Of a DNA stretch of 64,000 bases, positions 49,401 to 59,578 are shown piece by piece. How positions within the stretch are numbered: position 1 is the stretch's first letter; each line of letters starts with the position of its first letter. Source of the DNA: Hydrolagus colliei (lineage: Eukaryota); the NCBI GenBank assembly GCA_035084275.1, contig CM068745.1:1674001-1738000 (forward strand), read 5' to 3'. The notes under the pieces are model-generated. The model did no database searches, was not told the origin of the DNA, and saw only the letters and a list, made by a program, of their open reading frames with translations. The translations under genes were made by a program, and so were the position numbers.

Positions 49401-52400
49401 CCCTTTGATGTGCTTCAAGGTGTTTTGATGTTCGCGTCAATTGCAAGGGTTGTTTTTTTATAAAACGTTATCATTTGATGTACAGGGCAGAAATGCATCG
49501 GAGCAGATTGGTATGATACAGAGGGTTGTGCAGTATAATGCAACTGTGCCAAAAGACAACCAAGTCACCATCTCTGTGGAGGTTGAGAAACCAAGAGAAG
49601 ATCTCTTACCACTCACTGGACACGGAGATGTGGTAAGTGAACATTTACCTGGTCAATCTTGTTGCAAGAGGAACAAGGTACTGTATATTGAAGGCTGTTG
49701 TCAACTTGGAAAGGAGAAGAGCTGCCAAAGCTTTGTAGTGCAATTTTTTTGTCATATGTGATCTTCCTTTGAGGTTAGGGGGAACGGGGTCATAGAATTA
49801 TACAGAACAGAAAGGGGGCCATTTGACCCACCGTGTCTGTGCCAGCTCTTTGAAAGAGCTGTCCAAATTAGTCCCACTCATTGGGAGAGCCAGGAGCTGA
49901 GCTGGTTCCAAGGTAACATGCTTGAAGCAACGCGGCAAAGTGATCAAGTCATCCTTCTGTGACGGTCTCAGTGATGGTCGGGTTTCTGAGCCAGGTAGGT
50001 CCATTTGTACTCCCAAGGCTCTGCTGGTGACAGTGCCAGCTTGGATCATTGGTAGGGTTTGGAAGGACGGACCAGTGGCAGAGATTATTCCCCTCAGCTT
50101 CTGCTAACCCAGTAAACCAAAGCCCTAACGCAGAAGGTAAGTCCTAGTTGGATAAGCAGAGGGTGGCTTGCCAGTTAGCATTTTGAGTGGCAAGGTGCAA
50201 AGTTTTGCCTGGTTAAACTCCAGCAATATGCTAACACATGCTTTGGCGTACCTTAGATAAGCAGATTGAATCCCTCCAGAGAGAGTGTGCATTCCATACC
50301 AGACACGGAGAAAGTTCCAGGTGTAGATGGTATACAGATGTGGAATCCTCAGCCTTCACTATGGTGTTGGATATCTGTCTGCTATCCAAGACTCATTGCC
50401 CTGGTGACATCATACACAAATACAGAGTGCTGAATCGCTCCTCCAATAAAATATAATAATAATAATCATGCATTTGTTATAGGGCCTTATCATGTCTTCC
50501 AGACGTCCCAAAGCGCTTCGCAGAATATACTGTAAAGTGAATTGACTGTGTATTTGTGGGTGAATCGCGGCAGCCAATTGCACATAGCAGTGTCCCCCAC
50601 AAACAGTCGTGGGTTGAGATGACCAATTTATTATTGTTTTTCTTTTCTTGAGGGATTATTATCAGGCGTGTGGAGTAAGGAAGAAAGTTTGGCCCTGACC
50701 TGCCTAGAGTTGAACCCAGGTCTTTCGCTTGTGAGGCGCGTGCTCTAACCACTGAGCCATACCTGGGCTTGCTAATGATAGAAATGCTGTTTAGAACCCA
50801 TCTGAGAGTAGTTAATGACTAGAGCAACTTACCAGGGACAGTGTTTGAAACCAGGACAATTTAAGAAGCAACTTGATGAGGTGATGAGAGGGAGGAAGGA
50901 TGAGATTAGATGGGTCAAGGGGCCTTCTTCATCCAAACTCATCTTGTGTTCAGAGAAACCTTTTTTGGATCATAAAGAGTTGTGGAGAATATCATTGTGT
51001 AACATACATATTTGGTGTTTCGGGGCCCATATTATCTACATTGACATGAACAGTTAACAAAAAATGCCATTAACAAAAAATTAACAAAAAAATGTTTTTT
51101 TAATTTTTTAAAACAAAAATTAACAAAAAATTCCATGTATTTCAAAATGATGTGTTTTTGTGTTACTGTAATCTTAGGTTTTTATCAGTAAAGATGTTGC
51201 GGTTTACTTAGGGTACAAATCAGGCCCTGAAGCAGTGAAAAACCTGTACAGCCTCATGAAGCCTGGGTGAGTACAGTGCTATTGGATTCTGAATTTTAAC
51301 TGCGTTAGCTGTCAACTTGCTTAGTGATGTTATCACATTATCACATTACACTGTTCAACTACCGGATCCAGGTCAGAGAATCTGGATATCACAACGTAAA
51401 CTTTGTTTTCTAACAATTCACCTGAACAGGCAGATGGGTAAAAAACAACAACCAAATGACATTTGTCGAGTGCCTTTCACATCGGGACAATGTCCCAAGG
51501 CACCCAACAGCACTCTGCCTTACACCCCAGAACTCCATTAGAGTGTCAACCTAGACTGTGGATTCAAAGTCCTGATGTGGGACTTGAAGCTACAATCTTC
51601 ACAATTATACAATCTTAAAATTGTATACTTTTACGCTGCCTTGCTTATCCTTGATAAAACAAGACAGCACTTAAGAGATAGATGGAGGATTAAAGTGAAA
51701 ATCTGATTGAAAGCTAAGGATGACATAGTTGTGAACTCTTGTGTTAAATGATTGTGTGGTCGATGGTTGGTTTCAGTGCCTACCTGATCTGTGCGTGGGC
51801 TGAAAAAGGAGCTGATGCCTGGGGCCCTGATGGATCTGTTCATTCTGATGCTTTTCCTCCTGAAAACCTTGTGGACACTCTGGGAGCAGGAGACACCTTC
51901 AATGCCGGTGTATTATTTTCACTGTCCGCTGGTAAGCGTCAGTGAGATGGTATTGATAGAATACTTTATATATTTTTTAGTTAGTCCTTTTTTGGAAAGT
52001 AAAAGACTTGATCGAAGTGTAGATTTTGTTCTTGCACGTTATTTGGGGTTTTGTATTGTTTTCTGGTAGCTTTTGAAGACCCTACACAGTGTTGTCCCAG
52101 TGTTTAAGTGGGATTATCTATGTCGCTCCAATTCGCAGGAATTCCCCCGATTTTGCAAACTGATTTAAGTGCAGAGTTTCCATTGCTTCCTGAGGGAAGT
52201 TCCGCACTTTCATTTCAGGATTAAAGAATCCTTTTAGTTGCCGCATTTTAGGCCCAATGATCCTGATGCCCTCAAACAGCTTTCTGACAAGATAACAAAA
52301 GAGGTGAATTTTTTAAATGAATGAATGCATTGATAAACATTGATTTGGTATCAGCCGTAACCATTTGTTTGTAGCGCTCTCGCTTCTGAGTGAGAAACTT

Positions 52401-52707
52401 GTGGGTTGAAACAATCCAGGATAAAGCATTGATCATTCGGGATGTGTCCGGGTTCAAATTAGCTGCCGTGTTTTGATGACAAACGTAGTTGCTAACTACA
52501 CATTACAGAAACATTTCTGTGAAGCACTTTGAGACGTTTTGATGGAATTAAATATTTTACATAATATGATGTGTCTCTCACGTTACTAATGAGTATTACA
52601 TGGGCTGTTGTTTGCTGACAGGTAAGTCCATCCAGGAGGCACTCAAGTTTGCCTGTCAAATTGCTGGGAAAAAATGTGGCATTCTAGGATATGATGGAAT
52701 CGTCTAA
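32681..52707 (+). CDS. KHK: Ketohexokinase (hepatic fructokinase, PfkB family), spliced gene: join(32681-32778,34574-34690,[41578-41712 OR 42377-42511],46236-46308,49486-49632,51178-51266,51777-51931,52622-52707), 299 aa
   Basis: Exons translate to [20 protein letters not shown]...[16 protein letters not shown]...FKWIHWEGRNASEQ...[13 protein letters not shown]...[14 protein letters not shown], recognisably KHK. All introns are GT-AG, phases are consistent, and exon lengths 98/117/135/73/147/89/155/86 sum to 900 nt. Confidence 0.97.
33231..33461. mobile_element. Tigger/pogo-type MITE
   Basis: TA|CAGTAAC...GGTTTTACTG|TA ends. Confidence 0.55.
33487..33810. mobile_element. Tigger/pogo-type MITE with imperfect ~35-bp TIRs
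   Basis: TA|cagtaacagcccatttatccgacaccctcaggacctg versus caggtctcgagggtgccgggtaacaaaggttttactg|TA. Confidence 0.7.
34130..34320 (-). mobile_element. Older SINE 3' half in KHK intron 1
   Basis: (taa)n tail, diverged core. Confidence 0.75.
34403..34468. repeat. (CA)n microsatellite upstream of KHK exon 2
   Basis: Direct reading. Confidence 0.9.
34574..34690 (+). CDS. KHK: KHK exon 2 ([39 protein letters not shown])
   Basis: Polypyrimidine tract + tag| acceptor, GA|gtgagt donor, 117 nt, PfkB GGN motif. Confidence 0.97.
35131..35238 (-). mobile_element. 108-bp Penelope-like/retrozyme-like mini-insertion with 16-bp target-site duplication
   Basis: AATGTAGAAAGATTGA is repeated exactly at 35115-35130 and 35239-35254. 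The insert resembles chondrichthyan Penelope-like termini (from memory) and contains a hammerhead core. Confidence 0.75.
35191..35238 (-). ncRNA. Minimal type I hammerhead ribozyme motif (PLE-type, palindromic stem III)
   Basis: Minus strand reads AAG-U-UGAGUU CUGAUGA A GGGUC-GUG-GACCC GAAAC GUU^ GACUCA-CUU. Core boxes are intact, stem I is 6+3 bp, stem II is 5 bp, and an AACGUU palindrome replaces stem III. Confidence 0.72.
35555..35825 (+). mobile_element. L2 LINE 3' fragment
   Basis: [17 protein letters not shown] translation; gagggcgctatata tail. Confidence 0.65.
38260..38610 (+). mobile_element. L2 LINE 3' end
   Basis: ccttcaagtcccgccacaagaccctcctcttcgacgg...gaaaggcgctatacaa...(ttg)n. 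Confidence 0.82.
39870..40410 (+). mobile_element. L2 LINE fragment with a large internal deletion
   Basis: ggtgttcctcagggctctgtccttggtccc ([10 protein letters not shown]) and YANDTQLY jump directly to RINFK...ALHGLAP. Confidence 0.8.
41578..41712 (+). CDS. KHK: KHK alternative exon 3A-like ([45 protein letters not shown])
   Basis: ctcgcag| acceptor, AG|gtttgt donor, 135 nt, phase 2-2. FVxDDLR...GSRTIL pattern resembles mammalian exon 3A; it is the upstream member of the pair. Confidence 0.92.
42377..42511 (+). CDS. KHK: KHK alternative exon 3C-like ([45 protein letters not shown])
   Basis: Long pyrimidine tract + gaag| acceptor, AT|gtaaga donor, 135 nt, phase 2-2. VAWQS..TP..CCI.N motif is characteristic of exon 3C. 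Confidence 0.93.
43384..43715. mobile_element. MER6/Tigger-like MITE containing a 21-bp x4 tandem repeat
   Basis: TA|cagttagacctcgattaacg ... cgtgttaaaagcgaggactaagtg|TA. Confidence 0.65.
43523..43608 (+). repeat. 21-bp tandem repeat gggtaagtaggcgtatataga x4
   Basis: GTAAGT at 43525, 43546, 43567, 43588. Confidence 0.9.
46236..46308 (+). CDS. KHK: KHK exon 4 ([24 protein letters not shown])
   Basis: tttag| acceptor, GAG|gtgagt donor, 73 nt. Confidence 0.96.
46800..47132 (-). mobile_element. Deu-type SINE, full length (KHK intron 4)
   Basis: Head, core, tail. Confidence 0.92.
47600..47865 (-). mobile_element. Degraded, internally deleted CR1 fragment
   Basis: tatttataaagcctagtatcccatatgc shared with the other CR1 copies. 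Confidence 0.6.
48594..48900 (+). mobile_element. Deu-type SINE (KHK intron 4)
   Basis: Head, partly deleted core, tail. Confidence 0.9.
49486..49632 (+). CDS. KHK: KHK exon 5 ([49 protein letters not shown])
   Basis: tacag| acceptor, GTG|gtaagt donor, 147 nt; inside ORF 49441-49761. Confidence 0.96.
50453..50759 (-). mobile_element. Deu-type SINE (KHK intron 5)
   Basis: Head, core, tail. Confidence 0.9.
51178..51266 (+). CDS. KHK: KHK exon 6 ([30 protein letters not shown])
   Basis: cttag| acceptor, GG|gtgagt donor, 89 nt. Confidence 0.95.
51777..51931 (+). CDS. KHK: KHK exon 7 ([52 protein letters not shown]), catalytic PfkB signature
   Basis: tttcag| acceptor, G|gtaagc donor, 155 nt; DTLGAGDTF anion-hole/catalytic Asp motif. 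Confidence 0.97.
52622..52707 (+). CDS. KHK: KHK last coding exon ([27 protein letters not shown])
   Basis: tgacag| acceptor, TAA at 52705-52707; C-terminus matches KHK AGKKCG..G.DGIV. Confidence 0.95.
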
Positions 52708-53273
52708 TGAAATAACAACTTCACTGAGGAACGTCTGTCCACACGGTGAGAGAAATAAGCAAATGTTGCAGATGAATCCAGAGTTGGGCTGATCGCGTGA
52801 GGAAGATGCAGTGAAGAATGCCCTTCAGCCCGTTTGATTTCATCCTTCCAGAAATCATACTTCCCATTCCCAAATCGACTGTTTCTTAAATTAAATCCAG
52901 TGACCCATCCACCACTCTCCCAGTTAACCTGTTCCACTTGTTAATTACCATTTGCCCTTCATACCAGGGAGCCTATGCTCTCTTCACCCTGCTGCCTCGG
53001 GGGCATCGGAAACTACTATTGTGAGTTTACATTGTTAATCCATTTAGTTTCATGTATCTCAATATACAGTTCTCTATGAAATCTCTCTTCAGGAATCATT
53101 CCTATCGTGCTCATTACTCTTCTCTGCATGTCCGCAGGCGGATTCTCTGAACTTATATCTAGTTGTTCTCTAAACTGTTGGTGATGGTAAATACGACTCG
53201 CATTTTATTCGCATCGGATCACTTCATCAAATGGTTTTCTGTCACTCGTTGCTACTTTAAATTTTCTGATTAA

Positions 53274-53709
53274 AATAAACTCGATTTGTTAAATTTTAGT
53301 AACATTGGTAAGAGACACTTGGGCACAATAAAATATCCACCCTAACCTGTTGATTTAAGTTTTTTTTAAATTGAAGAATTAAAATTTGACTATTTTCACC
53401 ATATCAGAAATGTAAGCAATTTAATGTCAGAATCTGACAAAATGTTATAATATATTAATGATCAATAAAAACATTTTAATTAGCCTTTTGTGTCACTTTT
53501 CATATTCTTTGCCATGAGTTGGGAAAACAGTGTTGTGGTATGTTACATGTACCAGCAATGACACACGCAGGGTTCAATCTAATTATCTCCAAAATAGTAA
53601 ATGCCTGATTAACTTTGGTTTGGTTCATGTATTGCAGCATTTCATTGTATTGTGTTTTGCAGGAGGAAAGTGAAATATATCACCTAAACCTTACATCACA
53701 TCAAATAAA
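53274..53709 (+). terminator. Candidate KHK polyadenylation signals (AATAAA at 53274, 53327, 53464, 53704)
   Basis: Hexamers 0.6-1.0 kb after the stop codon; the one at 53464 is followed by a U/GU-rich stretch. Confidence 0.5.
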
Positions 53710-54267
53710 ACCGCCAAATGCAGATTTCCATGAGAGTGTGTAAATTGTTTAACTCCCCAATCCTGCCCTTAACCAACACATAATAATTCTTACATTGTAT
53801 ATAAATATAATAAGGCAAAAAATGTTTGCATGCAATTTAATGTGTGTAGACTGTAATATCTAAATCTCTCTGTGCACTATCTGTAAAATCTACAGTCAAT
53901 ATTGCAATATCACCATCTGTTTGGTGATTCAAATGGACTGTGATTTCAAAGATGCATAGAGTCTTTCTGCCAGTCAACCTTTTATTTTTTCCTTTTTTTA
54001 ATTTCAAATGCACTCCCAAGATTCCAATTTGGCTTCTCGTGGTATTGTTGTCAGCGTGAATCGGTTAGTAGCATTTGCAGCTTAAAGGCTTTTTGATTTG
54101 GCTCTCTTATCTTCATTGAATTCTTACATTTCATTATTGTGTCTTTCACATCAGAAGCACATCTCCTGCCTCACGTGATTCACTGTAAAGCATAGTCACG
54201 ATTGAGTGCATTAGTTTCAAACACCAATCAACTCACAGAGACTGACTTAATTTAACAATTTATTATA

Positions 54268-54590
54268 TAATAATAATCCTGGCATTTTATATAGCACTTT
54301 TCACATCTTATCGACATCTCAAAGCACTTCACAATATACTGTAAAGTGAATTGACTGGATATTTGTGGGCGAATCACGGCAGCCAATTGCGCACAGCAGC
54401 GTCCCCCACAAACAGTCGTGGATTGAAATGATCAATTTTATTATTGTTTTTGTTGAGGGATTATTATTAGGCGTGTGTGTGTGTGTGTGTGTGTGGAGTA
54501 AGGAAACTTGCCCGAGGTTTGGCCCTGACCTGCCTGGATTCGAACACAGGTCTCACGCTTGTAAGGCGAGCGCTCTAACCTCTGAGCTCC
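54268..54590 (-). mobile_element. Deu-type SINE, full length, with (TG)n
   Basis: Head, core, tail. Confidence 0.9.
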
Positions 54591-55355
54591 ACACTCCACA
54601 CATTATCAGCACTGCAATGGTACAGAAAAGGCATTGTTAACTAATCCAGGGAACAGAGGCACAGTGCTTTATGGGTTTTCATCACAGTCAGCAACTATTC
54701 TGTGCTCCATTTATATCCAACTTGTTTACTACATTCATAACAGTGTTCCTGCAATCATAACCACAAGGCCTAGGTATCACACATAAATCCACGTCTGTTT
54801 GTGGGGGACGCTGCTGTGTGCAATTGGCTGCCGCGTTTTGCCCACAAATATACAGTCAATTCACTTCACAGTATAGTAAATTCACTTCACAGTAATGCAA
54901 GGATTATTATTACACTGTATTATAATATCTAGCAATTTACAAAAGTTAGAGTACTATCATCAACAAAATTTCACTGACAGGTACAGTAGTACAAATGGAC
55001 AGTAATTTTCCAATTTCGGCAAAATGCATAGTATCAACGTAATGATGACTTAACAAGTTTAAATTGGCAATACCCCAATTCACAAACAACAATGTCTCAT
55101 AAATAGCCATCAAGTGAATGACTGTTTTATTTGGGGAACGGTTGCCAGCCATGATACTGGGAGAATCTTCCTTCACAATTTTCTCTGAAGGAAACCTTCC
55201 TACTTCTCTGGATATCTTTGATGGGCAAGAGCGAAAAGGGATTTTCAGCTTTGCATCTTCCCGCTTCCCACATGGTTAGGAGCGTTAGTTAATCCTGTCA
55301 GAGGGCGCCAACCGGTGCTGAGACGCTTTCTCACACGAGGGGAAAGTGTATTATT

Positions 55356-55570
55356 ACACGCCTAATAATAATCCCTCAAAAAAAATTAATAAATTGGTCA
55401 TTTCAATCCACCGCTGTGTGTGTGGTTCACTGCTGTGCGCAATTGGCTGCCGCGATTCTTCCATGTATATATATAGTCAATTCAGTTTGAAGTATATTAT
55501 GTGAAGCGCTTTTTGAGACATCTAGAAATGAAATGTGCTACATCGAATGCAAGGATTTTTAATATTATTA
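55356..55570 (+). mobile_element. Deu-type SINE 3' part
   Basis: Core and tail. Confidence 0.8.
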
Positions 55571-55609
55571 TTTCATACACATTTCCCAATTAAACACGCG
55601 TCAAGGTGA

Positions 55610-55860
55610 ACAACACAAACAACAAAATGACACTTGTATCGCGCCTTTCACGTCAGGTGGACGTCTCAAGGCGCTGGATTGATTCAGACCTGAGCTGGGG
55701 TTGGGGATGGGGAAGGGGGGGGGATTTGGGGTGACCGATGGGACCGTCGAAGAGGAGGGTCTTGAGGCGCGAGTTGGAAGAGGCCTGAGGGAGGCGGGCG
55801 AGGCGGAGGGGATGGGGGGGGGGGGTAGAGTGGCTGAAGCCTCTCCCGCCAATGGGAGCT
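55610..55860 (-). mobile_element. L2 LINE 3' end
   Basis: [10 protein letters not shown] on the minus strand; caacaaaatgacacttgtatcgcgcctttcacgtc tail. Confidence 0.8.
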
Positions 55861-56091
55861 GACGTCACACAAACCCACAAGAATCATGTTTCACATCATT
55901 CCGCAGAAAGTAAGTTTCCCCCCGAAGGTGCAAATGCTTCAGGTGACTCCCCCCGGACTGAAGGGGGGATCGCCCGAAACTGGCCAAGTCAATTGGACAT
56001 CAATCTCATCACAATCTCATCAATTATAACCAGATTGAGCCGTGGGCCCCCCGCGCTCCCACTCCAGGGAGAGCCGGGGACACCTGTGACT

Positions 56092-56496
56092 CACTGACAC
56101 ACCATCGGGGGGACATTAACACTGACACACCATCGGGGGGACATTAACACTGACACACCATCGGGGGGACATTAACACTGACACACCATCGGGGGGACAT
56201 TAACACTGACACACCATCGGAGGGACATTAACACTGACACACCATCGGGGGGACATTAACACTGACACACCATCGGGGGGACATTAACACTGACACACCA
56301 TCGGAGGGACATTAACACTGACACACCATCGGGGGGACATTAACACTGACACACCATCGGGGGGACATTAACACTGACACACCATCGGAGGGACATTAAC
56401 ACTGACACACCATCGGGGGGACATTAACACTGACACACCATCGGGGGGACATTAACACTGACACACCATCGGGGGGACATTAACACTGACACCATC
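56092..56496. repeat. 28-bp minisatellite cactgacacaccatcggggggacattaa, ~14 copies
   Basis: Exact 28-bp periodicity. Confidence 0.95.
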
Positions 56497-56570
56497 AGAC
56501 ACAGAGGTCACAGGTCACTGTCACAACCTCTCAATCTGCTTTATCATCATCAGTGTCAAGTGTGGCAAAG

Positions 56571-58040
56571 GGGCTGGGGGCGGGGCTCAGGCTGGGGAGG
56601 GCGGGGCTCAGGCTGGGGGGTGGGGCTCAGAGGGGCGGGGCTCAGGCTGGGGGGCGGGGCTCAGGCTGGGGGTGTGGGGCTCAGCGGGGCGGGGCTCAGG
56701 CTGGGGGGGCCGGGGCTCAGGCTGGGGGGCGGGGCTCAGGCTGTGGGGGGCGGGGCTCAGGCTGGGGGCGGGGATCAGGCGGGGGGGGCGGGGCTCAGGC
56801 AGGGGGGTGGGGCTCAGAGGGGCGGGGCTCAGGCTGGGGGCGGGGCTCAGGCTGGGGGCGGGGCTCAGGCTGGGGGCGGGGCTCAGGATGGAGGGGGGAG
56901 GCTCAGGCTGGGGGCGGGGCTCAGGCTGGGGGCGGGGCTCAGGCTGGGAGCGGGGTTCAGGCTGGGGGCGGGGCTCTGGGGGGGGGGCTCAGGTGGGGGG
57001 GCGGGGCGCTGGGGGAAGGGGGGGGCTCAGGAGGGGGGCGGGGCGCTGGAGGAAGGGGGGTGATCAGGTGGGGGGGCGGGGCTCTGGGGGAAGGGGGGGC
57101 TCAGGCTGGGGGCGGGGCGCTGGGGGAAGGGGGGGGCTCAGGTGGGGGGCGGGGCTCTGGGGGAAGGGGGGCTCAGGCTGGGGGCGGGGCGCTGGGGGAA
57201 GGGGGGGGATCAGGTGGGGGGGCGGGGCGCTGGGGGAAGGGGGAGCTCAGGTGGGGGGGCGGGGCGCTGGGGAAGGGGGGGCTCAGGTGGGGGGGCGGGG
57301 CGCTGGGGAAGGGGGGGGATCAGGTGGGGGGCGGGGTGCTGGGGGAAGGGGGGGGCTCAGGTGGGGGGGCGGGGGCTCTGGGGGAAGGGGGGGGATCAGG
57401 TGGGGGGCGGGGTGCTGGGGGAAGGGGGGGGCTCAGGTGGGGGGGCGGGGTGCTGGGGGAAGGGGGGGGCTCAGGTGGGGGGGCGGGGCTCTGGGGGAAG
57501 GGGGGGGCTCAGGTGGGGGGGCGGGGTGCTGGGGGAAGGGGGGGGGCTCAGGTGGGGGGGCGGGGCTCTGGGGGAAGGGGGGGGCTCAGGTGGGGGGGCG
57601 GGGCTCTGGGGAAGGGGGGGGCTCAGGAGGGGGGGCGGGGCGCTGGGGGAAGGGGGGGCTCAGGTGGGGGGGCGGGGCTCTGGGGGAAGGGGGGGGCTCA
57701 GGAGGGGGGGCGGGGCGCTGGGGGAAGGGGGGGCTCAGGCTGGGGGCGGGGCTCAGGTGGGGGGGCGGGGCGCTGGGGGAAGGGGGGGGCTCAGGTGGGG
57801 GGGCGGGGCGCTGGGGGAAGGGGGGGGCTCAGGTGGGGGGGCGGGGCTCTGGGGGAAGGGGGGGGGCACAGGCTGGGGGCGGGGCTCAGTTGGGGGGGCG
57901 GGGCTCTGGGGGAAGGGGGGGGCTCAGGCTGGGGGCGGGGCTCAGTTGGGGGGGCGGGGCGCTGGGGGAAGGGGGGGGCTCAGGTGGGGGGGTGGGGCTC
58001 TGGGGGGGGGCTCAGGTGGGGGGGGCGGGACGCTGGGGGA
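56571..58040. repeat. G-rich minisatellite (18-bp ggggctcaggctgggggc grading into a ~40-bp unit with gggggaagggggg), G-quadruplex prone
   Basis: Direct reading; ends at the assembly gap. Confidence 0.95.
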
Positions 58041-58240
58041 NNNNNNNNNNNNNNNNNNNNNNNNNNNNNNNNNNNNNNNNNNNNNNNNNNNNNNNNNNNN
58101 NNNNNNNNNNNNNNNNNNNNNNNNNNNNNNNNNNNNNNNNNNNNNNNNNNNNNNNNNNNNNNNNNNNNNNNNNNNNNNNNNNNNNNNNNNNNNNNNNNNN
58201 NNNNNNNNNNNNNNNNNNNNNNNNNNNNNNNNNNNNNNNN
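58041..58240. other. Assembly gap (200 N)
   Basis: Run of exactly 200 N, typical of a fixed-size scaffolding gap. Confidence 0.99.
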
Positions 58241-58665
58241 TCCCCCACACACACACAGCCCCCCACACACACACAGCCCCCCCACACACACAGCCCCCCC
58301 CCCACACACACACAGCCCCCCCCCACACACACACACAGCCCCCCCCACACACACAGCCCCCCCAAACACACACAGCCCCCCCCCACACACACACACAGCC
58401 CCTCCCACACACAGCCCCCCCCCCCACACACACACACAGCCCCCTCCCACACACAGCCCCCCCCCCACACACAGCCCCCCCCCCACTCACACACACACAC
58501 CCCCCCCCCACACACAGTCCCCCCCCCACACACGGCCCCCCACACACACAGCCCCCCCCCCCCCACACACACACACAGCCCCCCCCCCACACACACAGCC
58601 CCCCCCCCCCCACACACACACACACACACCATCACACATATACACAGCCCCACTCACACACACAA
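58241..58665. repeat. C/CA-rich repeat (cacacacagccccccc)n
   Basis: Direct reading. Confidence 0.93.
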
Positions 58666-58804
58666 TGTCTCCAAGCACTTAACTCTGTTAACTGGGAGTA
58701 CAAACCGGGGCGGGGAGGGGGTGGGGGTGACATGAAGTTAACGGTCATAAAGAAGGAAAGCTCTCAGGAACAGCATTAGGTGTGCACAGGTGGTGGTAAC
58801 ATTT

Positions 58805-59545
58805 TATTTTGCGTGTACTGTACAGTGGTTTGCGGGTACTGTACAGTGTTTTGCGTGTACTGTACAGTGGTTTGCGTGTACTGTACAGTGGTTTGCGTGT
58901 ACTGTACAGTGGTTTGCGGGTACTGTACAGTGTTTTGCGTGTACTGTACAGTGGTTTGCGTGTACTGTACAGTGGTTTGCGTGTACTGTACAGTGGTTTG
59001 CGTGTACAGAACCGTGGTTTGCGTGTACCGTACAGTGTTTTGCGTGTAACGTACAGTGTTTTACGTGTACCGTACAGTGGTTTGCGTGTACCGTACAGTG
59101 TTTTGCGTGTACTGTACAGTGGTTTGCGTGTACTGTACAGTGTTTTGCGTGTACTGTACAGTGTTTGCGTGTACTGTACAGTGGTTTGCGTGTACTGTAC
59201 AGTGTTTTGCGTGTACTGTACAGTGTTTTGCGTGTACTGTACAGTGTTTGCGTGTACTGAACAGTGTTTTGCGTGTACTGTACAGTGGTTTGCGTGTACT
59301 GTACAGTGTTTTGCGTGTACTGTACAGTGTTTTGCGTGTACTGTACAGTGTTTTGCGTGTACTGTACAGTGTTTTGCATGTACTGTACAGTGGTTTGCGT
59401 GTACTGTACAGTGGTTTGCGTGTACTGTACATTGTTTTGCGTGTACTGTACAGTGTTTTGCGTGTACTGTACAGTGTTTTGCGTGTACTGTACAGTGTTT
59501 TGCGTGTACTGTACAGTGGTTTACGTGTACTGAACAGTGGTTTAG
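58805..59545. repeat. 21-bp minisatellite gtgtactgtacagtg(g/t)tttgc, ~35 copies
   Basis: Direct reading; each unit has the palindrome ACTGTACAGT. Confidence 0.95.
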
Positions 59546-59578
59546 AATTTTTCATGATTGTTTCCTGAATTAGACACA

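Noticed and set aside
55849-55867. CCAAT plus perfect CRE (TGACGTCA) as a CCDC82 promoter
   Set aside because: Sits at the edge of an L2 fragment 3.7 kb and one gap away from the coding exon; no other support
56092-56496. CRISPR-like regular repeats
   Set aside because: Units are contiguous with no unique spacers; eukaryotic minisatellite
56553-58779. Long Gly-rich and Pro/His/Thr-rich ORFs (up to 709 aa)
   Set aside because: Translations of G-rich and CA-rich tandem repeats that run through an N gap and are open in several frames
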